From: a virus
Lineage: Duplodnaviria; Caudoviricetes
Virus record (IMG/VR): IMGVR_UViG_3300011335_000585
Coordinates: 1-35,129 of that record
Strand: one strand, 5' to 3'
DNA length: 35,129 nt
Part shown: piece by piece, positions 18,723 to 28,336 of the stretch
Numbering within the stretch: the stretch's first letter is position 1
How the letters are laid out: each line of letters begins with the position of its first letter
Position numbers and translations under genes: made by a program
Notes under the pieces: model-generated
The model's input: the letters and a program-made list of their open reading frames with translations, nothing else
What the model was told of the DNA's origin: nothing
Database searches by the model: none

Positions 18723-20552
18723 TTAATTGTTTCCCGGACTACCATCTAACATTGTTCCACCTAAATTTGCAAAATACTCTTTAAGGTTTGGGTCATCTTT
18801 TACAATATCGTACATGCTCCGCTTGTGATTATTTACAATCGTTAAAAGCGTCGGACTATTACTATTGTACGCTTGCATAAAATTTGTAGGAGGGCCGTTT
18901 AACATACCCTGTAAACGAGCTATTTTTTTCAATGATGCGTCAATAGCAGCATAGTTACCACCACTTTCTATCGTTCTGTTTAATTGGTTATTTAAAATTG
19001 ACGATACTAATTTAATTGTAGCACCTATACGATTATCAAACGTTTTTGCCCAGAAGTCGTTAGCAGAACCAAGGACTTTGCCCCAATTTGGTATTGTTCC
19101 TTTTTTTGCAGCTTTTTCCATTGCTTCAAATCGTTTGTCAAGTACGCTACCTTCTTTTCTAGCATTCTCAAGATTTTGCTTAAGAAGTTCGATAGTTGTC
19201 TCTGCAGTTTTTTGTTTAATTCCAAGTTCCGTCTTGCCTAGCTTTAAGGAAACTCTGCCAGCAGCGGCAGCACGTTCTTCTTGTTTAGCATTAATATCTC
19301 TACCTTGTTTAGTAGTTAACATTCTGTCAGCAGCTTCATCAAGATCTGCTTTATCCTTGGCTGACTTAACAAACTTTTCAGTTAACTTAGAAGGCATATT
19401 GTATGGACTAAACATGCTAAGGAATCGTTCTGCAATAACAGATTTCATTCCCATTGCATCACCATGTGCATACCTAGCCATTAAAGAGGATACGTACTCA
19501 GGGTTTAAACCATATTCTGCAAAGTCAGCTGCATTCATCTCAGCATGATCACGACCACTGGCTAATCGATTCCACGTTCGTGGAACAAATGAATCTAATG
19601 CATCTGCAAACATTTCTGCTGCAACTGTGTCGGCTTGTTTTTGCTGTGGCTCATATAAATCACTATATTGAATATCGCCTTCAGCAACCTTTAAAGGTTC
19701 TATTATAGATTTGAATTTAAGTACACTTGACTTAAATGGGCTTACCTGTATCGGTGGTCCAGAATATTTCCTAGGTGGTACCGGCACTTCACCGGGAAGA
19801 GTACGGGCAGCAGGTTCATTTTCAGGAGGAGCTGGAGGTGGCGGTGGTGAGGAACCTCTTGGTGTACCTACACCTAAACCCATGGTAGTCGGACTACGTT
19901 GCCCAGTAAATGTTGATTGTGGCGATGGTCGGATAGCACCCGGCACAGAAGAAGGGATAGGTCTTGCAGTAGATGAAGTTTGTCCAGTTGGTTCAGCAAC
20001 TTGTTGATTTACAGGAGCTATGCCACCAGATGAAATTATAGGTAGATCATTAATAGGATAATCTCGCTCAAGCATGTCAGGAGTAATTCCTTCCATACCG
20101 ACAGAGCTGCCTAATTTTCCAATAGATGTTCTAGCTGCAATAGCAGCAGCACGTGCTGCGCGTAATGCATCTGCGTATTTACGAACTTCAGATGGAGGCC
20201 TGAACTTGACAGCACCCGGCTTCATGTAATCCGCATATGCCGTTGCTGCTGCTGTATAAGCATTATATGGATCAAGCAATGGCATGATGAATGCTTGCTT
20301 GTCTTTCACCGGATTAATCTTACTTAGGCGTTGCGCTTCAGCAACTTGCAAATCATTTAATACTTTTTGTTGGTCAAACTGTTTTGTTTGCATGTTGCGA
20401 CTAAATTCGCGATCACGCAATTCTGAGCCTTGCTGAGCCATTCCTAATTGCTGTTGCATTGCTGCCATAGCCATAGCGCGTAATTGCTCATCCCGTTTTT
20501 CGCGAGATTTACTTCGTGCGTCTAAATACGCTGCAATAGGTATTGGATCCAT
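18723..20552 (-). CDS. Putative internal virion / ejection protein, 609 aa
   Basis: Position between the pilot-like gene and the giant gene; Gln/Ala coiled coils, Pro-rich linker; no Cys seen. Confidence 0.65.
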   Translation of the reverse strand: MDPIPIAAYLDARSKSREKRDEQLRAMAMAAMQQQLGMAQQGSELRDREFSRNMQTKQFDQQKVLNDLQVAEAQRLSKINPVKDKQAFIMPLLDPYNAYTAAATAYADYMKPGAVKFRPPSEVRKYADALRAARAAAIAARTSIGKLGSSVGMEGITPDMLERDYPINDLPIISSGGIAPVNQQVAEPTGQTSSTARPIPSSVPGAIRPSPQSTFTGQRSPTTMGLGVGTPRGSSPPPPPAPPENEPAARTLPGEVPVPPRKYSGPPIQVSPFKSSVLKFKSIIEPLKVAEGDIQYSDLYEPQQKQADTVAAEMFADALDSFVPRTWNRLASGRDHAEMNAADFAEYGLNPEYVSSLMARYAHGDAMGMKSVIAERFLSMFSPYNMPSKLTEKFVKSAKDKADLDEAADRMLTTKQGRDINAKQEERAAAAGRVSLKLGKTELGIKQKTAETTIELLKQNLENARKEGSVLDKRFEAMEKAAKKGTIPNWGKVLGSANDFWAKTFDNRIGATIKLVSSILNNQLNRTIESGGNYAAIDASLKKIARLQGMLNGPPTNFMQAYNSNSPTLLTIVNNHKRSMYDIVKDDPNLKEYFANLGGTMLDGSPGNN

Positions 20553-20554
20553 TA

Positions 20555-21589
20555 TTAGTACCCTCTGTCAACCATTACGCCATTTTGATACGTAGGCATT
20601 CCAAAGCGACGATTTTGTGCAATCTGTTGCTGTATTGATTGGCCACCGCCAATTCCAGCAGGTGATGGATTAAATGATGGAGTCATTGATCCACTAAGCT
20701 GTGTTGGTCGTTGAAAACCAAATTGACCACGTGGCATATTTGAACCAATTGGCCCACTATTAGCAGACGGAGTATATGATGCGCCTCCATTAGTTGGGTT
20801 TAACATAGCCATCTGTTTATCAAAATTTTGTTGAGTCTGCTTAAACTGTTTGTTGTACATCTGTTGAGTGTTTTTATTTTCAAACATATCGCCAAGCATA
20901 GTCATTAGTGCAGTCTGGCGTTGCTGTTGTTCATTCTGAGAATTTAATTGCTGTTGTCCTAATGCTTGACCGGTTCCAATTAAATCTGAATACTGTTGAT
21001 TTAATCCACCTATTGCACCAAGCATACCTTGCGATGCATTGCCATAAGCTCCAGCTGCCATGTTTTGCGCTGAGGCCATACGTGCTGGTGCGTTAGCCTC
21101 ATAGTTAGACGTAAAGTCACTTAGTGATTTAGTGATCGCTGCATTATTAGCATTTGTTACGCTATTGGTTAAACCAGTACGTGCGCCACCATAAAGGCCA
21201 GCATTATTAGCAACACGATTAGCTGCAGCAGAAGATTGCTGTGCCTGTGTATTCATCATCTCATTTAAAGGGCCAACGCCTTTAAATGTATCAGTTGATG
21301 TCAATGGCTTGTTTGCACCTTCAATAGCCATGTCTGTTGTTTTTTGATAAACAGGATTGTACTTATTGTACATATCTTGCTGATCACTTAAATACTTATC
21401 ATAGTATTTATTTAGCCTACGCTTCTGTGCGTAGTCGGCTTGCTGCTGTGCATAAAACGGATTCTTATTTGGTTTGACAAGACTGCTGGCAAGCATGCCA
21501 GCACCCATTTCACCAATTGGACCAGCAAAAGCACCGCCTACAGTTTTTGCAAAGTCTCCCCAAAAATTATCTTTTTTTGCTTCTGCCAT
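20555..21589 (-). CDS. Putative DNA pilot / ejection protein, 344 aa
   Basis: N-terminal glycine-rich hydrophobic segment (VGGAFAGPIGEMGAGMLAS), Gln/Asn/Ala-rich helical body; no Cys seen. Confidence 0.7.
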   Translation of the reverse strand: MAEAKKDNFWGDFAKTVGGAFAGPIGEMGAGMLASSLVKPNKNPFYAQQQADYAQKRRLNKYYDKYLSDQQDMYNKYNPVYQKTTDMAIEGANKPLTSTDTFKGVGPLNEMMNTQAQQSSAAANRVANNAGLYGGARTGLTNSVTNANNAAITKSLSDFTSNYEANAPARMASAQNMAAGAYGNASQGMLGAIGGLNQQYSDLIGTGQALGQQQLNSQNEQQQRQTALMTMLGDMFENKNTQQMYNKQFKQTQQNFDKQMAMLNPTNGGASYTPSANSGPIGSNMPRGQFGFQRPTQLSGSMTPSFNPSPAGIGGGQSIQQQIAQNRRFGMPTYQNGVMVDRGY

Positions 21590-21607
21590 TTGTGTATCCC
21601 ATTCCTA

Positions 21608-22078
21608 TTAAACAACAGCCTTGTCGAGTAAGGCAAGCCAACCATAGTTGTTGGACGCATCCATACATGCTAACCAAGTAACCGTTTCATACTGTTTAGT
21701 TAAGCCAGTCCACGTTGAAAAATACCAAAGTGTAGACGGAGATTCAACAGAAAACGTAACAGTATTAGCTGTTGAATCCATTTTAACAGCAATAACTCTT
21801 CGGCCATAACATGAAGCAGCTTGTGGTAATGCTAAAACAAATCCTGCCGTAGTCGTATCACATATTGCAAGTTGATCTGCATACGTTACTGCGCCAGCTG
21901 CAGTATATATTGTTTGCTGCATCTGATTTGCTGAATACGGCACAGTTGGATTTCCAACATAAACTGTTTTAGGTGGAATTAACACGGAGCTTCCGGGACC
22001 AAAGACTTTGTTTAGTGCCGGGGTACGACGTGTTCCAGCTGATGAATCTGGGCTTAAAACAGGTGCAGGTGTTGGCAT
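21608..22078 (-). CDS. Small tail fibre/needle-associated structural protein
   Basis: CDTTTAGFVLALPQA...G.....KMDSTANTVTF resembles the DTT..A.T.TLP module of phage fibre/baseplate proteins; TAATG coupling to the nozzle gene. Confidence 0.6.
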   Translation of the reverse strand: MPTPAPVLSPDSSAGTRRTPALNKVFGPGSSVLIPPKTVYVGNPTVPYSANQMQQTIYTAAGAVTYADQLAICDTTTAGFVLALPQAASCYGRRVIAVKMDSTANTVTFSVESPSTLWYFSTWTGLTKQYETVTWLACMDASNNYGWLALLDKAVV

Positions 22079-25000
22079 TATGTTCTCGGTGTATTTCCCT
22101 CAGTAGTTGTTACATGTAATGCAAACATGCGCCAAGGCTGAGACGTGCTACCAGTAAAATTGATGTTGAATGCCTGAGCATCTGATGTCCTAGAAATACT
22201 TCGCAATGCTACAACTTTATTAGTTTGTGGATACCAAGAATATAACCCTGTAGTGCTATATCCTTTAATGCCTGTAAGACTCCAGTTAATAAACATTTCG
22301 GTCGTTGCTTGGTTATCTAAATGCAATAACAACGAGTGTAGTTTATTTGCACTGTAGTACATTGCTCCTTCAGCAAACGTTTGTCCATACTGCCTTGTAC
22401 TAATTTCCCATGCAATTGGCGTAGATGTACGAGCAACACTACCTGTAGAAGCATATACGTTATCAGACCAATTTTCTAACTTGTATAGTTTTCCATCTCG
22501 GCCTCCAGCATATAACTCTTGGCTATCATCTGCTGCTTCAAGCACAACTATACTTGTAAAGCCAACTGGATTAATCCATGTAAACCAACCACTATTACGA
22601 GAGTCAAATACATACGTACGACTATTGGCAGTAGTGGATGTATCGGTTACAACAGGAGCAAGCATAAACAATCGTCTATCTTGACTTGCTAAGACTATTT
22701 TTGAATATAACGATGGACTAATATAATTGTTGTTTTGAACAGTAAAGTTCTGGCTATTTATATTTAATACACCTTCAAGAGCCAATGACTTTGGAGCTAA
22801 AGTAGTACTTTGAAGTTCCATTAATCCACTTGCTGTTAGCCAAACAAGTTTATTCAATACGGTTGCAACACCACGTTTAGCAAGCAACCCAGAAGTGCCT
22901 TGCTGTAAAAATCCTTGACTGGCAAAGTTGTGTGGACTATCTCCCGTAAGGAGATATGTACTTCGCTCACGCATGATAACCATAACAGCAGTAGTGCTGT
23001 TATCACGCATTAAGCCATCACCTTGCACTGATGACATTGCTTGTATTTGTTCTTCGTCGTTAGTGTTACTTATACTGAATTGTGTTCCTTTGATTACAAT
23101 TTCGGGATCAGTAACATCAGGCAATAGAGTTGTATATATTCCATATTCGTTACCCGGTGTTAATGCCCAACTTGCATAAATGGCATTCTTCTTGGCGACA
23201 AATAATCGCATATTAAATACAGAGACTACATCTGCGCCAACTGGAAATTGATCTTTGCCAGTGCGTAGTCTATAACCTAACGTTCCCGGACCGTTATCAA
23301 AGAATAAAGCTGAGTCTTCTACTTGATCGGTAATAGTTAAGTTAGTCGATACACCAGAAGAAGAGGTGGTTAAACCCTTCCATACAGAGCCAGTTGAATA
23401 TACTGATCCAGTATCAAGATCTACAAACCCAATAAGTTTTGGCTGTGTTCCACCGGTACGTGAGTTATTTCTATACACCAAACAATATTTGTATATTGGT
23501 GTACTCCCAGTTATTCCATTCTTTAATTGTGTGGCCGTATACGGAATAGATAACGTAACGCTGTTAATTGCAGCAGTGACAACAACCTCATTACTGATTT
23601 TAGCTGGAACGGTTTCAAATCCATTTCCGCTTGGAATCTCAGCAGTTGGAGTAAACGTGTTAGCTCCAGATGTAACAGCTGCAGAAAAGATAAACGCTGC
23701 ACCAATTAACGATTGATCAGTTGTTATTGTAAACGTAGTAGTACTCGGTACAGTTTTAACGTAATACGTTGTAGATGTAGATACCCCACCTACAGTTCCA
23801 GTAAACGTTAATGCGCAACCTATACCTAAGTAGTGAGGCGCAGCCGTAGTCAGCACTGTATTGCTAATAGGGACTGTGAAGTTTACACTTGCCCAACTAG
23901 GAGTTGAAGATGTAGTAGGCAATAAGTAAGGACGCCACAAACTGAATGTATAAGTGTATTTAGAATCCGGTGTTAGCGAACCTTGTCGGACAACATCACC
24001 AAAACTAATTACCCACTCATTGTTGTAAAACCCATTTAGGTCAAAATCGTTCTTAATATAAATTGCTGCTACTTGAGTCCGAACAGTAGAAACAATTGGG
24101 AATAGTCCCCATGTTAAAAATCCATTGTCTTTATCGTATGTACATTGACCCGTAAAGTACATCTTATTACCATTACGAATCCCTAAACTAAACGGTGGTA
24201 TTGACTGATTAATTTTGTCACTAAACGCAGAAGCAATACTAAGCGACTGCACATTTCTTAAGTCTACAGTTACCTGATAGTAATTAGTCGTAACAGCAAC
24301 ATTGGCTGAAAACACAAACGCCAACCCTAATAGGTTTTGATCTGTCGTAACAATAAATTGAGTTGGCGTAGCTATACCCTTGACGTAATACGTAGTTGTA
24401 GTTGACGTGCCACCAACTGTAGTTGTAAAGAATACTATATTTCCAACATTTAAACCGTGAGGAGTACTTGTCGTAATTACGGCGCTATTAATTGACGCTG
24501 TAAATTCAACGGTAGGTGTAATGTTGATCTTGACGTATTCATTTTGTACGTAATCTACAAATGGATTTGACGGAACAGCTTCAACTATAAATGTTGGATT
24601 TGCCTGATTAGCATTAATCTTAACCAGTCCCTTTGGGTCATCTTGTGTATCAGATACCTGAAAGCGACTATTGATAGGATGCATTGCAAAATCATCTAAA
24701 TAAACAAATGAATCGCCACCCCTATTAAATGCTGCTTGAACTCGAACTTTTATACCAGTAAGTATTTTGTCAAACAGTCGAAAATCTACAAGTAACTGGA
24801 TCTTTTGCCAGTCAGCAGAACTCTGCCCTGCTGCTACTTCAACTGTAGTTTGTAGTACAGCTCCGGCAATTTCTAATGCAGATGAAAATGCGGCTGTTCC
24901 AGTTTTGCTGTAACCCTGTATGGTTACATCTAAATTGTTCTGACTTACAAAGTTAGTAAGATCATCTGAATTGTAAGCATAAAATGTCAAGCAATACATT

Positions 25001-26415
25001 CCGGCATTATGCTGAGGAATAATATATGTTGCACCTAACACAACATTTGCGCTTAAATTTGTAGCTGCTGAGACTAATGTTGAATCAGTAGTAATTGTTA
25101 ATGTTGTAGTTGTAATTGATTTAACGTAATAGTTAGTAGCAATCGATAAGCCAGCAGTGGCTACAGTAAATTGAATGATCTGACCAACAACTAAATTGTG
25201 TCCACCTGAAATAGTTAATGTTGGAGATCCATTAGTTCCAGTAAACGCTAAAGGTGTTTCATCTTTAGTTACTAATACTGTTCGCACATCAACGTCTTGA
25301 GAAAAGTAATCTTGTGCTTGATCAATTTTTAAACAAAATCCAGCAGCTCCATTGCGGGTTTGAATAAAGTTGTCTGGGTTTTTAGCTGTTGTAGAAAACG
25401 TTTGATAGACAGTACCGCCAGCTGGAACTGTTTTTGTACCAGATGTAATACGTTGTGTATCTGCAGTATTGTAATTCCATTCACCAAAACCACTAGCAGT
25501 AGACGAATCAATAGCACCATTATTTAAGACATTTGCGCCATCAGCTTGCACAACAAACGTGCCGCCGGTTCCACCAGTTGGTGTAATTACTGTTCCACCA
25601 ATTGAAGCAGAAATTTGAAATCCAGTACTGACTAATCCAGTTGAAACTACATAATATGTAGTACCAGCAGTAATGTTAGTAACAGTTGATGTTTTAAATA
25701 CAACAGGTTGATTTGCAATAAACCTACTTGACACAGGGGTTACATATGAAATAGTAGCTGTGCCTAGTGTGGCTGTAACACTTACAAAAACTGTAGGAAT
25801 ACTTCCAAAGCTTGTTGTGTCTATTGCCGTTTTGTTTGTATTGCTTAAAGACCTTACAATAATTGAGTTTGCTGTAGCTATAGGTGAATACGGACTAACA
25901 TCTACAAGGATCGGGATAGATTCACCCTCAACGGTATTGCCATTCATACGTACGCGAAATAACGATTGTGTTCCACCTGCAACACCATAAATATATTGTC
26001 CAAAAGAAACCATGCGCACACTTTCACTATTACTAAATGCAAATGACGCAGCAGTCGTTCTATCTAGGATTTCAACTGGTTGATTATTTGATGTTCCATA
26101 TAAAGTTGTGTCCCAGTAATACAACTTTCCATTTGATGTAAATACAATTTTACTTTGTTGTCCATCATCTTTAAGAGCCACGGTCTCCCAGATAGGTTGG
26201 CTTAATGCATAGTTAGGACTACCTGTTGTTGAATGCCAACAAGTGTTCCATCCATTACGTGGTTGTAATGTGTTGCCGTAAATCTGTATGTTATCTAGTT
26301 TTTGAAAGAAGCCTTCCTGTAATTTATTTGGCGCGTTGTATGTGTCAATACCAGTAAATTTAGCATCACCTAACGTAAATGCTTGCTGGTTATTTGTTAC
26401 CATTCGAGAAGACAT
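22078..26415 (-). CDS. Tail nozzle / stabilisation protein (T7 gp12, P22 gp10-like beta-propeller) with large inserted domains
   Basis: FTGID....P..L......LDN.......LQPRNG N-terminus, propeller-type strands, TYVFDSRNSGWFTW and LYAGGRDGKLYKL near the C-terminus; gene position. Confidence 0.8.
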   Translation of the reverse strand: MSSRMVTNNQQAFTLGDAKFTGIDTYNAPNKLQEGFFQKLDNIQIYGNTLQPRNGWNTCWHSTTGSPNYALSQPIWETVALKDDGQQSKIVFTSNGKLYYWDTTLYGTSNNQPVEILDRTTAASFAFSNSESVRMVSFGQYIYGVAGGTQSLFRVRMNGNTVEGESIPILVDVSPYSPIATANSIIVRSLSNTNKTAIDTTSFGSIPTVFVSVTATLGTATISYVTPVSSRFIANQPVVFKTSTVTNITAGTTYYVVSTGLVSTGFQISASIGGTVITPTGGTGGTFVVQADGANVLNNGAIDSSTASGFGEWNYNTADTQRITSGTKTVPAGGTVYQTFSTTAKNPDNFIQTRNGAAGFCLKIDQAQDYFSQDVDVRTVLVTKDETPLAFTGTNGSPTLTISGGHNLVVGQIIQFTVATAGLSIATNYYVKSITTTTLTITTDSTLVSAATNLSANVVLGATYIIPQHNAGMYCLTFYAYNSDDLTNFVSQNNLDVTIQGYSKTGTAAFSSALEIAGAVLQTTVEVAAGQSSADWQKIQLLVDFRLFDKILTGIKVRVQAAFNRGGDSFVYLDDFAMHPINSRFQVSDTQDDPKGLVKINANQANPTFIVEAVPSNPFVDYVQNEYVKINITPTVEFTASINSAVITTSTPHGLNVGNIVFFTTTVGGTSTTTTYYVKGIATPTQFIVTTDQNLLGLAFVFSANVAVTTNYYQVTVDLRNVQSLSIASAFSDKINQSIPPFSLGIRNGNKMYFTGQCTYDKDNGFLTWGLFPIVSTVRTQVAAIYIKNDFDLNGFYNNEWVISFGDVVRQGSLTPDSKYTYTFSLWRPYLLPTTSSTPSWASVNFTVPISNTVLTTAAPHYLGIGCALTFTGTVGGVSTSTTYYVKTVPSTTTFTITTDQSLIGAAFIFSAAVTSGANTFTPTAEIPSGNGFETVPAKISNEVVVTAAINSVTLSIPYTATQLKNGITGSTPIYKYCLVYRNNSRTGGTQPKLIGFVDLDTGSVYSTGSVWKGLTTSSSGVSTNLTITDQVEDSALFFDNGPGTLGYRLRTGKDQFPVGADVVSVFNMRLFVAKKNAIYASWALTPGNEYGIYTTLLPDVTDPEIVIKGTQFSISNTNDEEQIQAMSSVQGDGLMRDNSTTAVMVIMRERSTYLLTGDSPHNFASQGFLQQGTSGLLAKRGVATVLNKLVWLTASGLMELQSTTLAPKSLALEGVLNINSQNFTVQNNNYISPSLYSKIVLASQDRRLFMLAPVVTDTSTTANSRTYVFDSRNSGWFTWINPVGFTSIVVLEAADDSQELYAGGRDGKLYKLENWSDNVYASTGSVARTSTPIAWEISTRQYGQTFAEGAMYYSANKLHSLLLHLDNQATTEMFINWSLTGIKGYSTTGLYSWYPQTNKVVALRSISRTSDAQAFNINFTGSTSQPWRMFALHVTTTEGNTPRT

Positions 26416-26669
26416 TACGATTGCTCCTTAGTCCATGTTGGTCCTAACGTACCGGGCTGTGTCCAAGGACTAGTTGTTGTACCTGTTCTAGTATACGTGG
26501 ACGTAACTGTTCCAGATGGAACCCAGCCACTACTTAACGTTTGTTCTTGTGTATACGTAGACGTAACTGTACCCGGCCTAGTCCACAATTCAGGCGCAGG
26601 CGGAGCAGCACCACCAGCGTTATAACCGGTGAACCACCAAAAAGCTTGTGACCTAAATCCTGCTGCCAT
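26415..26669 (-). CDS. Small structural protein with 10-residue W/Y repeat
   Basis: TAATG-coupled at both ends; aromatic residue at positions 29, 39, 49, 59, 69, 79. Confidence 0.75.
   Translation of the reverse strand: MAAGFRSQAFWWFTGYNAGGAAPPAPELWTRPGTVTSTYTQEQTLSSGWVPSGTVTSTYTRTGTTTSPWTQPGTLGPTWTKEQS
26491..26570. repeat. Intragenic direct repeat, 20 bp, 60-bp spacing
   Basis: GTATACGTGGACGTAACTGT (26491-26510) and GTATACGTAGACGTAACTGT (26551-26570). Confidence 0.9.
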
Positions 26670-28336
26670 TAAACTGGATCAATTCCAGTAACAGGTACGG
26701 CTGACCCACTACTTGATACGGCTGCAGTCCACGCAATAGCACCATCGGTTGCGTTGTACACATTCAATGTGCTACCAACAATCTCTGACTTATTACGGAG
26801 TGCGTAAAGTGCTTCTTTAACAAGTCGTCCAGTACTAGAACCACCAGCAATATTACGTCCCAGCAAGTAGTCAGCCATACTTTGTTGATATAAAGGCTGA
26901 GTCATTTGTTCTGCAAATGCTTTTGCAAGCCCAGCCTCAATAAGACCTTGATACATAGCGTAACCAGCAGTTGGTGATGGGTATGACGAAACGTCTGTAT
27001 TCAATGTGGCAACAGCAATTTCAGTAGCGGCATTTGCAGCTAAAGCGTTAGCATCAATAGCGTTTGCACTAAAGTCTGCGGCAGTAATAACTGCTGGTTG
27101 CAACTCATGAACGTCAGCGGCAATGTGGTTTGCCCCAGTTACAGCACAGGCAGATTGTGATGTAGTTGACCGCAAAACTCTTTGCCCAAACGAGTTATTA
27201 ACTGTGTACGATGCAAGTAATGCGTCCCATACAGCAGATGCAGTTTGCCCGGAAGTAAGAGGTGCCGTATACGTAAACGTAGGCATTGCGTTTTTAAGAT
27301 ATGTACCTGCTTGCCCAACAGTACTAAATCCAGATACATCTGTCTGCCAGATTTGCGCTACGGTTGGTGGAGCAGTGTATGTAAACGTAGCCATACGAGA
27401 AGTAATTGTAGCGTTAAGGTTTGTACCAAGGATAAATCCTGCAGTACCAGCAGCGTATGAACCCGGTACAGCAGTATTCCACGGATCTCCTGCAGAACTA
27501 GCTGAGTTCAATTTAGCACCAGCAGAACCAGCACCAAATGTACCCGGTATAGGTTCAGTCCATACTTGCGTAGAAATAGTTGCAGCAGTTGGTGGGGAAG
27601 TGTATGTAAACGTAGCCATACGTGTGCTAACAGCAGCGTCTAAGTTAGTTTTTAATTTTAAACCAATAGAACTTGCAGTCGTAATAGATGTTTCAAGTGC
27701 ATCCCACACATTTGCAACCGTAATATCGTTAAAACCTGTAATGCCTGTACCTTTAGCTAATGCAATGTTAGTGCCAGCTGTTAGTAGACGTGTAGTTTCT
27801 GACCACACCTGAGTTGAAATAGCAGCAGCTGTAGGTGGAGTAACCGTAAGGGTATAGTTACTTTTATCGTTATTGGTTGCTACAGTTACCTGACCAGTTG
27901 CGGTTGCTGTTGGCAATGATCCAACTGTACCTTGTGCAACGTTTGGAATAGCCGTAAGTCCAAGTCGCACAGTATCTAATGGGTCGTACGATACAAGATT
28001 ATATTCAAGGACAACTGGGGCAATGCCTGTGCCTTTAATCATCACAACACTATGATTAAACGTAGTAGCAAATACAGCGTTAGGCATACCAATTTCGTAT
28101 ACACCCGGCATATCTGTTGCGCTTACTTCTTTAAATCCACCAGTTGTCCACGTACCCAATGTTCCGGCAGACAACGTCACAGGTGTAACAGTAGTATCTG
28201 CCGGTCTAAAAAAATGCATTGTGACTGATGCGTTAGTAAGACCAGTCTTACCGGAGCCAGTAGTAGAGGTGCTATCAAGGATAAAGACGTGTTCAAGTCT
28301 ACTTGTTGAACCAGTCTTAACAGTTAATTTACCCAC
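26669..28336 (-). CDS. Fibre-like virion protein with internal repeats, 555 aa
   Basis: Thr/Ala/Gly-rich; repeated ...(V/I)W...(A)G(S/T)xG.L and M(A/P)TFTYTxP units. Confidence 0.7.
   Translation of the reverse strand: MGKLTVKTGSTSRLEHVFILDSTSTTGSGKTGLTNASVTMHFFRPADTTVTPVTLSAGTLGTWTTGGFKEVSATDMPGVYEIGMPNAVFATTFNHSVVMIKGTGIAPVVLEYNLVSYDPLDTVRLGLTAIPNVAQGTVGSLPTATATGQVTVATNNDKSNYTLTVTPPTAAAISTQVWSETTRLLTAGTNIALAKGTGITGFNDITVANVWDALETSITTASSIGLKLKTNLDAAVSTRMATFTYTSPPTAATISTQVWTEPIPGTFGAGSAGAKLNSASSAGDPWNTAVPGSYAAGTAGFILGTNLNATITSRMATFTYTAPPTVAQIWQTDVSGFSTVGQAGTYLKNAMPTFTYTAPLTSGQTASAVWDALLASYTVNNSFGQRVLRSTTSQSACAVTGANHIAADVHELQPAVITAADFSANAIDANALAANAATEIAVATLNTDVSSYPSPTAGYAMYQGLIEAGLAKAFAEQMTQPLYQQSMADYLLGRNIAGGSSTGRLVKEALYALRNKSEIVGSTLNVYNATDGAIAWTAAVSSSGSAVPVTGIDPV
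27374..27622. repeat. Intragenic perfect 24-bp direct repeat, 225-bp spacing
   Basis: AGTGTATGTAAACGTAGCCATACG at 27374-27397 and 27599-27622, encoding RMATFTYT. Confidence 0.9.

Noticed and set aside
26491-27622. Short direct repeats as a CRISPR array
   Set aside because: Two copies each, in frame within coding sequence, no spacers or cas genes
27123-27812. 229-aa + strand ORF and other antisense ORFs (e.g. 10824-11321, 19078-19548, 26383-26625, 32979-33341)
   Set aside because: Shadows of the - strand genes caused by codon bias and repeats; no RBS or recognisable motifs
28244-28267. Walker A-like GSGKT in the 555-aa protein
   Set aside because: Lacks the first Gly of GxxxxGKT, has no Walker B, and sits in a Thr/Gly-rich structural protein
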